From the human T2T-CHM13v2.0 reference genome, Homo sapiens: 64,000 bases of DNA. Within the stretch, counting starts at the first letter, position 1. Every line of letters begins with the position of its first letter. Where the stretch lies: assembly GCF_009914755.1 (NCBI RefSeq), contig NC_060947.1; one strand, 5' to 3'. The notes under the pieces were generated by a model. It saw only the letters and a list, made by a program, of their open reading frames with translations. It had not been told where the DNA came from and searched no databases. A program made the translations under genes and the position numbers. This document shows, piece by piece, positions 38,506 through 56,504 of this stretch.

Positions 38506-39502
38506 ATATACCACATTTTCTTTATCTATTCATCCATTGATGGACACTTGGGTTGATTCCATATTTTGGCTACTGTGAATAATACTGCAATAAATATGGG
38601 AGCGCAGATATCTCTTGAACATATTGAGTTCATTTCATTTGGATATATATCCAGTAGTGGAATTTTTGGATCATATGGTAGTTCTCTTTTTAATCTTTTG
38701 AGGAACCACCATACTATTTTCCATAATGAGTGTAATAATTTACATTCCCACCAACAGTGTGCAAGGGTTACTTTTTGTCCACATCCTTGTCAACACTTTA
38801 TCCTTTGTCTTTTAAAAAAAATATTGTAAATTGAAAATTGATTGCTGCATATATTTATGGGGTACAACATGGTATAATTTATAAATATAACATGAAATGA
38901 TTAAATCCAGCTAATTAGCATCTCTATGATCACAAATACCACTTTTTGTGGTGAAAACATTAAATTTACTCTCCTAGAAATTTTGAAATGTACAGTACCA
39001 TGCATAGTGAATATTAACTTTATTAACTATACTTTATTAAATATATTCACCATGCTGTGCAATAGATCTCAAACACCTTATTTCTTTTGCCTGATATTTT
39101 GTAGCCTTTGACTATCATCTCTCCAGCATCCCCACCCCTGAGTCTCGGTAACCACCATTCTACTTTGTATCTATGAGTTCAATTGTTTTAGATTCTACAT
39201 ACAAGTGAAATCACATGGTGTTTGTCTTTCTGTACCTGGCTTATTTCACTTAGCATAATTTTCTCCAATCCCATCCATATTGTTGAAAATGACAATTTCC
39301 TTATTTTTGCAGACTGAATAGTATTCCATTGTGTACATATACTACATTTTCTTTATCCATTCATCGCTGATGGACACTTAGGTTGATTCCATAACTTGGC
39401 TATTGTAAGTAGCCAATAAACATGGGAATGCAGATATCTTCCACAAACTGATTTCAAATATTTTGGGTAAATACCCAGAAATGGGATTGCTGCATCATAT
39501 GG

Positions 39503-39885
39503 TGTATTAGTATGGTCTTACACTGCTATAAAGAACTACCTGAGACTGTGCAATTTATAAAAATAAAAAAAAGACATTTAATTGACTCACAGTTCCACAG
39601 GCTGTACAGGAGGCATGGCTGGCGAGGCCTCCAGAAACCCACAATCGTAGCAGAAGGGTGAAGGGGAAGCAAGCACGTTTTCACAAGGCTGCAAGAGAGA
39701 GAGCTAAGGGGGAAGTGCTACACACTTTTAAACAACCAAATCTCGTGAGAACTCACTATCACAAGAAGAACAAGGGGGAAATCTGATGCCATGATCCAAT
39801 CACCTCCCACCAGGTCCCTCCCCCAACAATGGGGATTACAACTCAACATGAGATTTTGGTGGAGACACAGAGCCAAACCATATCA
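39503..39885 (-). mobile_element. MaLR solo LTR (MSTA/THE1-like)
   Basis: TGTATTAGT...CCAAACCATATCA with exact 5-bp TSD TATGG (39498-39502 / 39886-39890). Confidence 0.92.
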
Positions 39886-40259
39886 TATGGTACTTCTTCT
39901 ACTTTTAGTTTTTCGAAGAACCTCCATACGGTTTTCCATAATGACTATACTAATTTATATTCCCACTAACCATGTACAAGTAGTCTCTTTTCTTCACTCC
40001 CTTGCCAACACTCTATCTTTTGTCATTTTGATAATAGCCATCTTGACACGTGTGATATCTTACTATGGTTTTGATTTGCATTTTGCTGATAATAGTGATA
40101 CTGAGAATTTTTTCATATACCTTTTGGCCATTTTATGTCTTCTTTGGAGAAATGTCTGTTCAGGCTCTTTGCCCATTTTTTAATCAGGTTATTTGTTTTC
40201 TTGCTGTTGAATTGTGTTCCTTGTATATTTTGAATATTAACCTCTTATCAGATATGTGG

Positions 40260-40885
40260 ATTGGAGCAGGCCTATATCCTGGCGTTATGGGGGCTGACAC
40301 AGCTCTGGGCTAGTCTAAAACATGGAACAGGCTTGTGGCCTATGTGTTCAGGGGCTGGCCTGGAGGATGGGTTTATTGGTGCTGGCCTGAAGACTAGGGC
40401 TGTGGATGCTGTCCTGTGCTAGGGTGCTGGGTGAAGTTTGAGGCCTAGAGTCCTGGGATTGGCTTTGGCCCTGGATGTGCCTGGAGACTGGGTCTGAGGG
40501 GGGCTTGCCTGGCACTGGTGTGGGCCCAAAGCCTGGTGCTGGCTTGGCACTGAGGGTGGTCCAGAGCCTGGGGCCACTGAGGTTTGCCTGGCAGTAGGGA
40601 AAACCAGAGATTCAGTCTACCATACCAGCCTGGAGTCTGGGGTTGTAGTGTCCAGCCTGGTGCTGGGGCAAGCCTAGAAACTTAGTCCATGGGTATTGGC
40701 CTGGGGCCTGGAGCTGTGGAGTCTGCCTGTTGCTGGGCTTTACTGTGGCAGATCTAGTGTTGGCATCCAAAGTTAAGTCTGATGCTCACTTTTCTCTCTT
40801 TCACCCAAGCAAAGGATATCTCTTTCCACACTCTGATGACTGTAGTTGGGAGAGCGGTGACTCAGGTAATGTAAAACTGTCCCCT
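40260..40885 (-). mobile_element. Probable old L1 5' UTR subrepeat region
   Basis: Degenerate GGCCTGG(A/G)GCCTGGG repeats adjacent to a minus-strand L1. Confidence 0.5.
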
Positions 40886-41260
40886 TTTTAGGAATGGATA
40901 TTGTGTAGTCAAAAACTTTGGGGCTGAGACCATGGGGAAAGTAGACAGAACCATGAAGGGAGATAAACTGCTTGTGTTGAGCAATTCATTTGTTGTCTCT
41001 TGTTTCTGTACCAGTAGGCCTAAATAAGTATTGGCATAATTGATTTTTTTGGGTTATAGTATATTTTATTGTATATTACTAAAAAGATATACACTTTATA
41101 TCAAGCTGGGTATGGCTGAGAATAATATGTGACCAGGAGGAGAGACAACCATCAGTGCTGTTACTATGTGTTCATTGTTCCCTAGGCCTGTCCTATATGT
41201 TTCTTACTAGCAGTAGGACTTGTCAAGACAGCATTACAATAAATGGGGAATTATTTTACT

Positions 41261-41500
41261 TAGCCTGGGCCACATATCAGCCATGGGGGGAATGTGATCC
41301 CGTATCTACAAAATAATGTTTAAATGTTATCTTGGTGTGGTATTGCATGCCTGTAGTCATAGATATTCAGGAAGCTGAGATGAGGAGATTGCTTGAGCCC
41401 AGAAGTTTGAGGCCGAAGTGAGCTATGATCACACCACTACACTCCAGCGTGAGCGACAGAGCAAGGCCCTGTCACAAAAAAGAAGAAAAAGAAAGAAGAA
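41261..41500 (+). mobile_element. Partial AluJ with purine-rich tail
   Basis: Right-monomer consensus (TTGCTTGAGCCCAGAAGTTTGAGGC). Confidence 0.85.
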
Positions 41501-42684
41501 ATGAAGGAGAAGGAGGAGGCTCTGACTTTGAGGAGAGTTCAGTGTAACAAGGTAGAAGAAATGTTTTTTGTTGTTGTTCCTTCATCTCACCCTTCCACTT
41601 AGTACACACACATGCATTGTGTCTGTCAACAGCTGGGCAGTGCTGAGAAGAAGGACTGTGCTTCCTATGGACATTCTCTAGACCTGTACATTTAACATCA
41701 GCTCACAAATTTTCCTATCCCACAGGAATGCAGAACCCTTGCATCATATGGCGCATCTCCCTGCCTTTCTCCATTCACCACAGGTCTTACATTTTCCAAT
41801 AACATAAGGATTATTTTTCTCTTTCTAGAGTATACACACACTGTGGTCTTCTCATCTTTTACATCCCCTCATAAACCCGGAGTGAGCACGTTATTAGGAA
41901 GGATCCCTGTGTATAAATTCCCTACTTCTTACTATTTTCTTATATCCCAGTGGTCCAAAACCAAAAATTATACCCTCTCTTATCATCCTCATAAGAATGA
42001 TAATAGGCAGCATGTATCAAATGCTTATTAATCAGGTAATGTTTTAAATAATTTACAAGTATTATATTGTTTATTCCCTGCAGCCACTTTATAAGGTGGC
42101 TCTTATTATTACCTCTGTTCTGCAGATGTAGAACTGAAGCCCAGAGGTCACATAGCCGGCACAAGGTCATTAGCTGATAAGGGATGGCACCAGAATTTGA
42201 GTCCCAGTGGTCTGACTTCAGAGTCCCTGCTCTTAACCACGATACTATTATGCCTCCCATAGCTGGACACAGAGTTGTTTTACAATTGATATCTGTTGTA
42301 AAATTGTTCCCTAAAGTGTACACTGTCTCTGACTCTATGGAATGACTGCATGCAACGATGAGATATAATCTGTGTTAGTTGTCTATTGCTGCCTAAAGAA
42401 TTACCCCAAGACCTAGTGGCTTAAAACAATATTTACCATCTTAGTTTCTACAGATCAAGAATTTGGGCACAGCTTAGTAGGGTGCCTCTGGCTTTGGGTC
42501 CCTCACGAGGGTGCATTAAAAAATAAATTACTTTCAAAATAATAAAAGTAATGCATATGCCTAGTTAAATATCCCAATAGTACTAAAAATATAAAATCCT
42601 ACTGTCCAGAGGCAGTCTCTATTACCAATTTATTGTGTATCCTTCCAGAACTCTTGTATAAACTTACACATATGTAGCTGAACT

Positions 42685-44907
42685 GTTTTCTAAATCTCTG
42701 TAATTATTAGTTTATTAGTATCATCTAGGCCTCAGATGTTCATTATCCCTCCTGAAATTACATAAACAAATGTAAATGAAAATAATCCAAGTCAAAATTG
42801 TATAACAAAATAGCACTCCATCACAAAAGCATGTAAAATTACAAGAATGTTATTTTAAAATACTGGCACTTTAAGAAAATGATAATATCAAAATAAACAA
42901 AATTTCCAAATTGTTCCCTAAACTGCTAAGCAGATAAACATGACTAATGAATGAGTTTGGGTTTTGTAAAGAAAAATTATTTAAATAAATCAAATAATTC
43001 ATACTGAGTTGCAAAGGTTGTATCTTCTTTCCTCCTATCTATTTGATTTATAAAGGGGCAAGCTGTAATATAGGAAAATGTAACCTATTTTAAACGTGGC
43101 ATCTTCATTTTAAAAGCTGGTCCAATTAATTAAAAATACTTTTTATGGAGAGTTTTGAGTTTCCTGAGCAGTTCATATTTAGATAAATGGGAAAAGACAT
43201 CTACAGCCAGCATTTTCATAGTCTTTACTAGTATCAACCAAAAATTTAATATGGCAGTCTTATATTTTAAGCTCACACCTTTTGGGGATACAGTCTCAAG
43301 TCTTCTTGAATGTCAGAACTGCAAAATACAATTGCCGTTATATGGTAATGGGAGTTAAAGAACATAGAGTCCTCATGTAAAGATTAGAACACACTTTTCT
43401 ATTTAGTGCTTCAAAGGACGGACTTTCAAAATGTTTGATCTTAATAATCCCATGCTGTGAGTAGACTGATTACTCTTCAGTTTGTAAATATAAGTGGGCT
43501 ATGTGAAATTTATCAACTGATTAAGATTTTTGAGCTTCAGTTATGGATGACGATGATCTCAATTTAACTTTATTTACCCCCATCATGATATGCAGGGTGT
43601 GTAGACAAAAGCATTTTATCAGCTACCTATATGAGAGGATCAACACTGTAATAATTCATGTGATCCAAAATGGGCAAAAGCAAAAGACTAGCTTCCCTTC
43701 AAGAAGAAAAATTTCAGACCTATGAAAAGGACTACAATACTAATTTTAAAAACTGTATTAGAAGCATTCATAATGTCAGCAAAATTGCTACAACTTTTTT
43801 GCAATTAGTGTGATATTCAGTTAACAGAACAACTATTTCATATAAGCTGCACCAGAGACAACTGAAGATGAAAAAATTACCATCCCCGTATATAACTAAT
43901 TTGTGCTGTGCACCAACAAGAACCTGCTTTAAATTCCCATGCCAATTTACAACCCCTATACCATACCAGGCAGTTTGTGGCCATCTAAAGACACATTTGG
44001 TAGTGGGATAACTACACACACACACACAAAAAGACACTGTAAGGTTTAAAAACAAATTATGTACAGCTTATAGTTTAATTTTTTTCCTTTAAAAGCAGTG
44101 AGTTGTGTACAGGGGGCTTAAATGTTTTATAGACAATAAACAAATGGCTAGAACCAACTTATTCATCATTATTACCTTTTTAATTTTCATATTCCTCATT
44201 TTGTCCTCTTCCTTCTTTTTCTTGCATTTTTCAGCCTTGATGGCTCCCTTTTTTGCAGCATCAGGCTTTCCTTTACCTCCAAATGCAGCAATATCCTTTT
44301 CATATTTTTCCTTCAGCTTCACAGCCTTCTTTTCATAAGGGTGCTTGTCATCTTCAGCAATGTAATTCCACATCTCTCCCAGTTTTTTTGCAACATCACT
44401 AATTGATAGGCCAGGATGTTCTTTGATTTTTGGGCAATCCTCAGAAGAGAACATGAAAAAGGCCAAAGGAGGGCTCTTGGGTGCATTGGGATCTTCGAAC
44501 TTCATTTTGGTCTCTGCTTTTGGAGGGATATAGATTTTCATTTCTCTTTCATAATGGGCCATGTCCACCTTTACTGAGTCTTCAAATTTTCATTTCTTTT
44601 CAGCAGACAAGGTCTTCCACCTCTCTGAGCACTTCTTAGGAAACTCTGAGAAGTTGACTGAAGCATCTGGGTGCTGCTTCTTGTGCTCCTCCCAGGAAGT
44701 TTGCACAAAGATTGCATATGATGTGATGACATTTCGCCTTTCAGCTTGTTAGGATCTCCTTTGCCTATGTTATTTTTCTTCAGCAAGGCAGAATCACCCA
44801 GTGCCTGTTTGGCTCTCACCTGCCCTGGAGCTGTCTCTATGGAGCTCAATGTACTGCAGTGGCTGTGAGAGTGGGAGCCAGATGCAGCCTCCTCGCTCTC
44901 TCCACTC
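42685..44907 (-). pseudogene. Processed HMGB1 pseudogene, full length with long 3' UTR
   Basis: HMG-box peptides [14 protein letters not shown] and [12 protein letters not shown]...DPNAPK. The start ATG is mutated to ATA (44768-44766), a frameshift lies near 44725, and the acidic tail is shortened and shifted. AATAAA on the minus strand at 42716-42711. Degenerate TSD tgtagctgaact (42673-42684) / tgtaacctgaact (44908-44920). Confidence 0.95.
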
Positions 44908-45381
44908 TGTAACCTGAACTTTTTCTTAAAACCAATGGAATCACTCATGTTGCTTTGCACAGTCTCTTCTTAACTTGTTCATTAACAACATGTTCAATAC
45001 ATATAGGCCCACCTCATTCCATAGTTGTTCTAATGATTGCTTTTTCCTGAGGCCTAAACAAAGAAGATAGCTAGAGTTGGAACTCACTTTCCTCATTTAT
45101 ACAATGAGAAAAATAACAAATCTTAAGCTTATTAATAATACTGTTATGAAGATTAAGCCAATGCATGTAAGGTATTTAGAATGGTGTCTCACATATAGTA
45201 AGCATGAAATAAGTATTGACATTTCTTGTTAGTTTTTTCAACCTTCCAATCCAAGGAATGAGACTGACTCACATTTAAAAATAATGAGTCCAATCCAGAT
45301 ATTAGAATAGTGATAATAGCAGCAGCTAACACTTATCTGGCACAATACATGCCATGAGTTGTTATAAAATCTTTGTGTGTG

Positions 45382-47753
45382 CAAACATACCTCATTTTAT
45401 AGCACTTTACTTTATTGCATGTCACAGACACTGCGTTTTTTACATATTGAAAGTTTGTGGGAACTCTGTATCAAGCAAGTATATTTGTGTCATTTTTCCA
45501 GTAGCATGTGCTTACTTCATGTCTCTGTCACAATTTGGTAATTAGTGGAATATTTCAAAGTTTTTCATTATTATGTCTGTTATGATGATCTGTTATCAGT
45601 GATCTTTGATGTTACTATTGTAATTGATTCAGGGTACCATAAACTGTACCCATATAAGACAGTGAACTTAATAAATGTATGTGTTCTGACTGCTCCAACT
45701 GATCATTTCCCCATCTCTCTTCCTCTTCTCAGGACTCCCTACTTCCTGAGACACAATGATATTAAAATTAAGCCAATGAATAACCCTACAGTGGCCCCCA
45801 AGTGTTCAAGTGGAAGGAAGAGAATCACGTTTCTTACCTTAAATCAAAAGCTAGACATGATTAAGCTTAGTGAAGGAGGCCTATCAAAAGCCAAGATAGG
45901 CCAAAAACTAGGCCTCTGGCATCAAAGAATAAGCCAAGTAGTGAATGCAAAGGAAAAGTTATTGAAGAAAATTAAAAGTACTACTCCAGTGAACATATGA
46001 ATGATAAAAAAGCAAAACAGCTTTATTGCTGATATGAAGAAATTTTGAATGTCTGGATAGAAGATCAAACAAGCCACAGCATTCTCTTAAGCCAAAGCCT
46101 AACCCAGAGCAAGGCATGGACTCTATTCAATTTTAGGAAGGCTGAGAAAGGTAAGGACTCTGCAGAAGAAAAGTGAGAAGAGGTTGACTCATTAGGTTTA
46201 AGGAAAGAAACCATCTCCTTAAAATAAAAGTGCAAGGTGAAGGAGTAAGTGCTGATGGAGAAGCTGCAGCAAATTATCCAAAAGATCTGGCTAAGATTAT
46301 TGATGAAGATCGCTACATTAAATAACAGATTTTTAACATCGACCAAAAAGCCTTATATTGGAAGAAGATGCCATCTAGGTCTTTCATAGCTAGAGAGGAA
46401 TCAATGCCTGGCTTCAAAGCTTCAAAGGACAGGCTGACTCTTTCATTAGGGGCTAATGCAGCTGGTGACTTTAAGTTGAAGCCAGTGCTTATTTACCATT
46501 CCAAAAATCCTAGGGCCCTTGAGAATTATGCAAAATCTACTTTGCCTGCGCTCTGTAAGTGGAACAACAAAGCCTTTATGATAGCACATCTGTTTATAGC
46601 ATAGTTTACTGAATATTTTAAGCCTACTGTTGAGAACTACTGCTCAGAAAAAAAGATTCCTTTCAAAGTATTAGTGCTCATTGACAATGCACCTGGTCAT
46701 GCAAGGGCTCTATGGAGATGTACAAGGGGATTCATGTTATTGTCATGCCTGCTAACACAATATGATTCTGCGGCCCATAGATCAGCAGTAATTTTGACTT
46801 TCAATCTTATTATTTAAGAAACACATATAGCTACCATAGATAGTGATTCCTCTGATGGATCTGAGCAAAGTAAATTGAAAACCTTCTGGAAAGAATTCAC
46901 CATTTTAGATGCCATTAAGAACATTCATGATTCATTGGAGGAGGTCAAAATATTAACATTAACAGGAGTTTGGAAGAAGTTGATTTCAACCCTTGTGGAT
47001 GACTTTGAGCAGTTTAAGACTTCTGTGGAGAAAGTAACTGAAGATGTAGCAAAACAGCAAGAGATTAGAATTAAAAGTGGAGCCTGAAGATGTCACTGAA
47101 TTGCTGCAATCTCATGATCAAACTTGAATGGATGAGGAGTCACTTCTTATGGATAAGCAAATAAAGTGGTTTCTTGAGAAGTGGAATCTACTCCTGGTGA
47201 AGATCCTGTGAACATTATTAAAATAACAGAAAATGATTTAGAATATTACATAAACTTAGTTGGTATAGCAATAGCAGGATTTCAGAGGATTCACTCCAAA
47301 TTTTAGAAGGAATGTGGGTAAAATGCTATCAAACACCATCTCATGCTACAGAGAAATCTTCTGTGAAAGAAATAGTCGATGTGGCAAACTTCTTTATTGT
47401 TTATTGTAAGAAATTGCCACAGGCATCCCAGCCTTCAGCAACCACCACTCTGATCAGTCAGCAGCCATCAACATTGAGGCAAGACACTTCATCTCCACAA
47501 TGATTACAACTTACTGAAGGCTCAGGTGATTGTGAGCATTTTTTTTTTAGCAATAAAGTATTTCTTAATTAAGGTATGTACATTGTTTGTTAAAGATAAT
47601 GCTATTGTATACTTAATTGGCTACAGTATTAGTATAAACATACCTTTTATATGGGCAGGGAAGCCAAAAAATTTGTGTGGCTTGCTTTGCTGAAATATTC
47701 ACTTTATTGTGGTGGTCTGGAACCAAACCTGTAATATCTCCAAGGTAGGCCTG
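45382..47753 (+). mobile_element. Tigger1, near full length (~2.37 kb), transposase disabled
   Basis: Terminal repeats CAAACATACCTC / AGGTAGGCCTG-TA. HTH remnant [28 protein letters not shown] and DDE-region remnant [11 protein letters not shown], with multiple stops and frameshifts. Confidence 0.95.
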
Positions 47754-48959
47754 TATTAAGACTTTAAATCCTCATAAACGCCCTATGTGGTAAATTCGAT
47801 CTTTCTCACTTTACAGATGAGAAAACTGAGATACAGAGTGATGAGCTGTGATCACCATGCCAAGTTGGAAGAGATGGTACTTTATTGGGCTTTCATCAAG
47901 ATTCCTTCTATGTGAGCTGTTGCTGACCATGCTCTTTACATTTCTGTCTGGTAGAAGATCCTCTTCCAATCCAAGGGGATTATAATATCACTTTTGGGAG
48001 GGCTGCAAGTCCCAAACGGGTACCAAAAAAGCTGAGAAATAAGTACAGGCAACCAGGTTATTGTTCAGATTCCTGTATTCCTATGTTACTAGGATGCCTA
48101 GGTCCTTGAGTGATATTACTAAGAAATAAATGGCGGGCCTCCGTGACTTATTGGTTTTGAGGGAGAAAATAAGACCAAGGTAGAATTGAATTTTGTACCC
48201 TGTATAGTACCACCTCTAAATACATGAAACCCAGAGCACAAAATGGTCCTGTGGGGTCAATGATGAATTTGTCTTTGGTTGTATGAAGTTTAAGGTACTG
48301 GTAAGATGTCTAGGAATAAAGGTGTTTCTGGTGGTTAAAATACCAATCTAGGATGTAGAAGATAAGTCAGAACTGGAAATACCTGATAAATGAAGCTGTG
48401 GAGGTATATGAAACCATAGTTAAAGAGAGTTATTAGAAGGTAGCTAAATGTGGAGCATCAGACGGGGGTCTGCATTTAAGAAGGGACTGAGTACCAATGT
48501 TGAATGCTGCTGACAAGTTGTGAAGAAGAGCGGTGAGGACTGAAGAAAAATGATTATGTTTTATTAAGAAGTTTAAAATGGTGGGAATAAAACCTAGATT
48601 ATGAGACATTGAAGAGTGAGGAAGATGTGGAAGTAGATGCATTAGTATGGATAATTATTTCCTGATACTCTAATTATCTTCATAGTATTTGCCCATACCT
48701 GACAAGTTATACTTCTGTTTGTTTGTTGTTTGAATCCCACTAGCAACTAAGGCAGGGAGTTTTGTCTGTTTTGTTCATAAATATATCCAGTATATCTAGA
48801 ACAGTTCCTGGCAAATAGATAACAGCCCTCAACAGATATCTGGTGAATGAATGTAGTAAGTTTGGTAGATAAGAAATGGAGAAAGGTGATGTGTTAATTA
48901 AAATGTGGTATAGATAAAACAGGGTCATTTTTGGCCAACATTTTAATATGAACATTCTT

Positions 48960-49198
48960 CTTTTTTGGAGACAGGGTCTCACTCTGTCATCCAAGCTGAA
49001 GTGCAGTGTCATGATCACGGCCTCAATTTCCTGGTCTCAAGCAATCCTCCTGCCTCAGCCTCCCAAGTAGCTGGGACTACACACATGTGTCACCATGCTT
49101 GGTTAATTTTTTTTTTAATTTTTGGAAGAGATGGGGTCTTGCTATGTTGCCCAAACTGGTCTTGAACTCCTGGCCTCAAATGATCCTCCTATCTTGAC
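48960..49198 (-). mobile_element. Partial AluJ
   Basis: Consensus match; TAATATGAACATTCTT on both flanks. Confidence 0.9.
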
Positions 49199-49589
49199 TA
49201 ATATGAACATTCTTAAACATACAGAAAAGTTGAAAGAATGATAAATTGAATATCCATAAGCTCACTACCTAGATTCTACCAACAATGTTTTTCAATATTT
49301 GCTTTATTAGATATCCATCTCTCTTTCATCCTTCTGTCCATTCAACAGTCCAACTTATTTTGATTCATTTCAAAGAAAGTTGCATATCAGAATACTTCAA
49401 CTCTGGATATTCTGGTATGCATGTAATTAACTAGAGATCAATATTTATATGTGCTTTATTCTTTCTTCAGGTAAAATTTATGTCAAGTGAGATGCGCAAC
49501 TCACAACTGTACTATTGACAAATTTTAACAAATACATACACCTCTATAACTCAAGGCTCTATTAACATATAGAATATACCATGATTTAG

Positions 49590-52840
<3,251 letters not shown>

Positions 52841-53302
52841 GTTGATTTGCTGGATTCCTTAGCTGCTTTTAGTCATTCTAAAGGGCAAAAAAGAAATGCA
52901 AAAAAGTGGCTTTGGTTTTGTTTTTTTGCCTCCAGGTAGAAGGAAAAACAGCCCAAACATTTCCAAAGGTAAGTTTTGGGTGGGTCAAAAATGTTAAAAG
53001 CTTACATTGCTCTATCCTTCAAGTTGCGGGACAAAAAGTTAAATCCGTTCCCTTGGCTAGAGCAAAGCTTTAGCTAAGCCAGAGAGAAAAAGAAAAGGGG
53101 GGAGGGAAACCAGTGAGATACCAGAGCAGCTTCTTCCTCGACTCCCCCAAATACACACATCTTGAATCCCAGTAGTGATCTCCAAGCAACCATAATGTTA
53201 ACAATGTACATGCTGAGTTTACTGCTAGGGGTCTGCAGTGAGAAAAAAAAGGAGAGAATTGTAAAAATTCACATTGTATTTTTGTGACTATTGCATTTAA
53301 AC

Positions 53303-53690
53303 GTGTCTCAATCAGTTTACATTGCTATGACAAAATACCATTGATTGAGATTTAACAACAAACATTAATGTCTCACAGTTTCAGAGGCTGGGAGGTTCCA
53401 GATCAAGGTGCTGGAAGATTCTGTGTCTAGTGTGGTGGGCTCACTTCCTGGTTTGCAGACAGCTACTTTTGTGCTGTATCTTCACATGGCAAGAGGAGAG
53501 AGCAAGCTCTGGTCTCTTCTTTTCTAATTAGGGCACTAATCTCATCACAGGGAGGGGGGTCCATCCTTATGATCTCATGTAAACCTAAGCACGTCCCAAA
53601 GGCCCCAGTTCCAAATACCATCACACTGGGAATTAGGGATTCAAAACCAGACTTTCGGGGGGTGGAGAGACATAAATATTCAGTTCATAG
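53303..53690 (-). mobile_element. MaLR LTR (MLT1A/MSTD-like)
   Basis: TTGCTATGACAAAATACCA...TCTCACAGTTTCAGAGGCTGGGA...CAAATACCATCACACTGGG. Confidence 0.8.
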
Positions 53691-54928
53691 AAAGATGTAT
53701 GATAAAATTCTTATAATTTCACAAATTCTAGAGACATCACCTCAATATAAGAAAGTGTTAATGGGACATAATTTGCTTTCTTTTTGCCCCAGTGAGAATA
53801 TTATAACTTAAATGCTTAGGGTATTGCAAACAGAATAAATCTCTCTAACTGATGCTATTTGCTATGATTTTTGTCTATTGGATCCTCTGGGAAAGGGCAA
53901 ACAACAGGAAATAAGAGACAATTTTTAGATGGAGATTTACTTTTGGAGTTTTAAAAAGAAATTTTTATGTTGCAAATGGACTGTCAGAGTCTGACACTTA
54001 AAGGCTAATGATTTCCCACTGCCTATCTTTGAGTGAGTCAAATAGATGCTAAGGGCTTATGGAATCCTTGCTTGTCCCTTGGACTGGGAACATGGCTATC
54101 TGTCTTTGCAACATTTTGACTTTGCTGCTGTTGAAGAAAAACCACTGGCTGTTTTTGGAATTCTTAATTCACAGATCTTAATTACCTGAACCTGACTCTA
54201 AGCTGATAGTGCCTTCTATGGGCAGTTTCAGCCTGAGCAGAGCTGTGCATAACTGAAAGCAGGCATAGGCTCAATTAGCAGAACTCTGATTCTGGGACTC
54301 TGTTGCATGTTTTAAACACCCTTCTGTGGGATCCTAGTCTATAAAAACGTCATTGATGCTGGATGGACTATCTGGATCACTTGCAGATGCCCATGAGGAA
54401 GGGCTTGTTCTCTGATGAAACCATCTAAGATTGAGTTGCTGATTGACTTATATTTCTGATGCAGAGGCTAATTGTGTTCCTAACCTGTGATTCCTTCCCC
54501 AAATTATAAGTTAGGGATGGACATATTACAAGGAATATGAATCTTCTGTCCACTCATGACAGATTGGACACTTGACACATTCTTAGGGGTGTCTCACTGA
54601 TGTTGATTTGTTTTACTTTCTTGAGTAATTACAGTTTGCAACAATAAACTGATGGCCTAACTACTTCCCTTACTGTTCTCCTGGTGCACACATCTCAGTA
54701 AGGCAGTTTATTTAATGCAGCTCTCCTCAGAAAGAGATTTTGCTTTTCTAGGCTGCCCACTTGGATAAGTGGTCAGGACAAAAGGGGTGTGAGGTTATGT
54801 AAAACTATCTTGAAAAGTGTTGAAACTCAAAATTCTATCATGACATGTATCTTTCTGGTTATGTTGTATAATTTTTGTCCTGTGAAAATGCTTTTGTCCC
54901 TCCTACATACAACCTGCCCAGATGAAAA

Positions 54929-55609
54929 TGACACAGAATTTTTCTTGATCACTTTTGCCAGCCAGAGATACCCAGCTGGCAACACCCTTGCCCTGCCTCG
55001 ACCCACAGCTTTGGGGCTGGCTCGGCCCTGCCACTGTTTCTGTCACATGGGGCAGCTGCCCTCTGCTGGTGGAGGACAGAGGGCCACAATGTTACAGCCT
55101 TCTCTGTACCCATGTTTGGTGGGTCCTGAGCTCTTGTCTTGTGTCCAAGAAGAATGAGGATACACTGACAATCAAAGAATGAGGAGGGCAGAGAATAATT
55201 TTACTGAGTGAGGAAATAGCTCACAGTGGAGAGGGGACATAAGGGTGGTCCGCCACCTGGAGTCAGGTGGTTTCTCTCTCACTGTGGCTGAGTCCAGAGC
55301 TTTCAAGGCTTAGAATAAGGGAGTGAGTACTGATTGATTTGTGAGAATGCAAAAAAAGTTAAAGGTACCACTCAAAGGTGGGCATAACAGTGTAAAAAAT
55401 CAATTAGGGAAGCATAGGTATATGTAAAATAGGAGAAGGGTTGGGGAGATCAATCAGAGGAATGTACACCAAACAGGAAGACAGGTTCTCAGTGAATTTG
55501 ACTTGTAGCTTGGCTTTCAGGCTTTAAACTGTCTTTGGCTTGGAGGTGGGGTTTCACCAGGGACCCCACCCTGTCTGCCTAGGCATTTGTCTGCTTCTTG
55601 CCTCTATCA
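54929..55609 (-). mobile_element. ERV1 solo LTR (MER50-like)
   Basis: The minus strand begins TGATAGAGGCAAGAAGCAGACAAATGCCTAGGCAGAC; 4-bp TSD AAAA. Confidence 0.78.
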
Positions 55610-56504
55610 AAAAGGTCTGAGTGAGAATTAAAAATATGATTGGGGAAAATGTAAAGTTTTGATAATTGAATGGAACACACTCATTTTGTAAAAGTGGGAG
55701 AAAAATCAAAACCCTGCCACCTGTGGAGGCATGAGGAGGAGTGGGGAGGGGAGATATTAATGATCTCTGTTTTTCAGAACCATTCCTTGAAGCTTTCCCT
55801 TTGTCTTGAAGGAAAACTCCTCATGCTGTCTTTCCAAACAGCTGCAAGTGCTTTGTATGCAAACTTCAGAGCCTATGATCATATCTGTTGGTATGCTGAC
55901 TCAGACAGCAATGGGTGGCCCCAGATCCTGTACCTTCTGTATAGAATACCTCCAAATGCTGTCCACGCTTATAAAGCTGATAAACTGATGTTATGTGCAA
56001 GCAAACCCGTTTGGAACAGATTACTTTAGTCATTTTCTCTGAAATCAAGACTAATTCTAATTTTTCAGACTGGACTGGGAAACTTAGGGCAGGAATTCCC
56101 ATTATGGAGGCCACGTTGGGGTCCTGATAAGCTGTACTGCCTAATGTATGTCCTACTTGGGGTACCCTAATAATTATAAATTCTTTGTTTCTAGGGGTAC
56201 TACATGAGCCTTCTGGGACTATACTTCTTGTGTGTACTCATACTATCATGACACTGCCTGAGTCCCAAAAGGATTTCAGGTCAGCTTAAACTAAGTGGCC
56301 AGAGTTGTGCTGTGCCTGAATTAGTGTTTTTAAAGTACGGAAACAAGTAAAAAGTCACATGGCTTTCTAAGATAGACCTTTGTGGTGAATGGGATTTTTT
56401 TTCTAACTGGTTAAATCCAGTACCCCTAAAGGGCATAATCAAGATCAATACCACAGGTTGGCCTCACCCTGCTACATGAGGTCTTACAGATATAATAATG
56501 TTGC

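Noticed and set aside
45545-47087. Tigger1 transposase ORFs as a domesticated TIGD1-like gene
   Set aside because: Broken by multiple stops and frameshifts.
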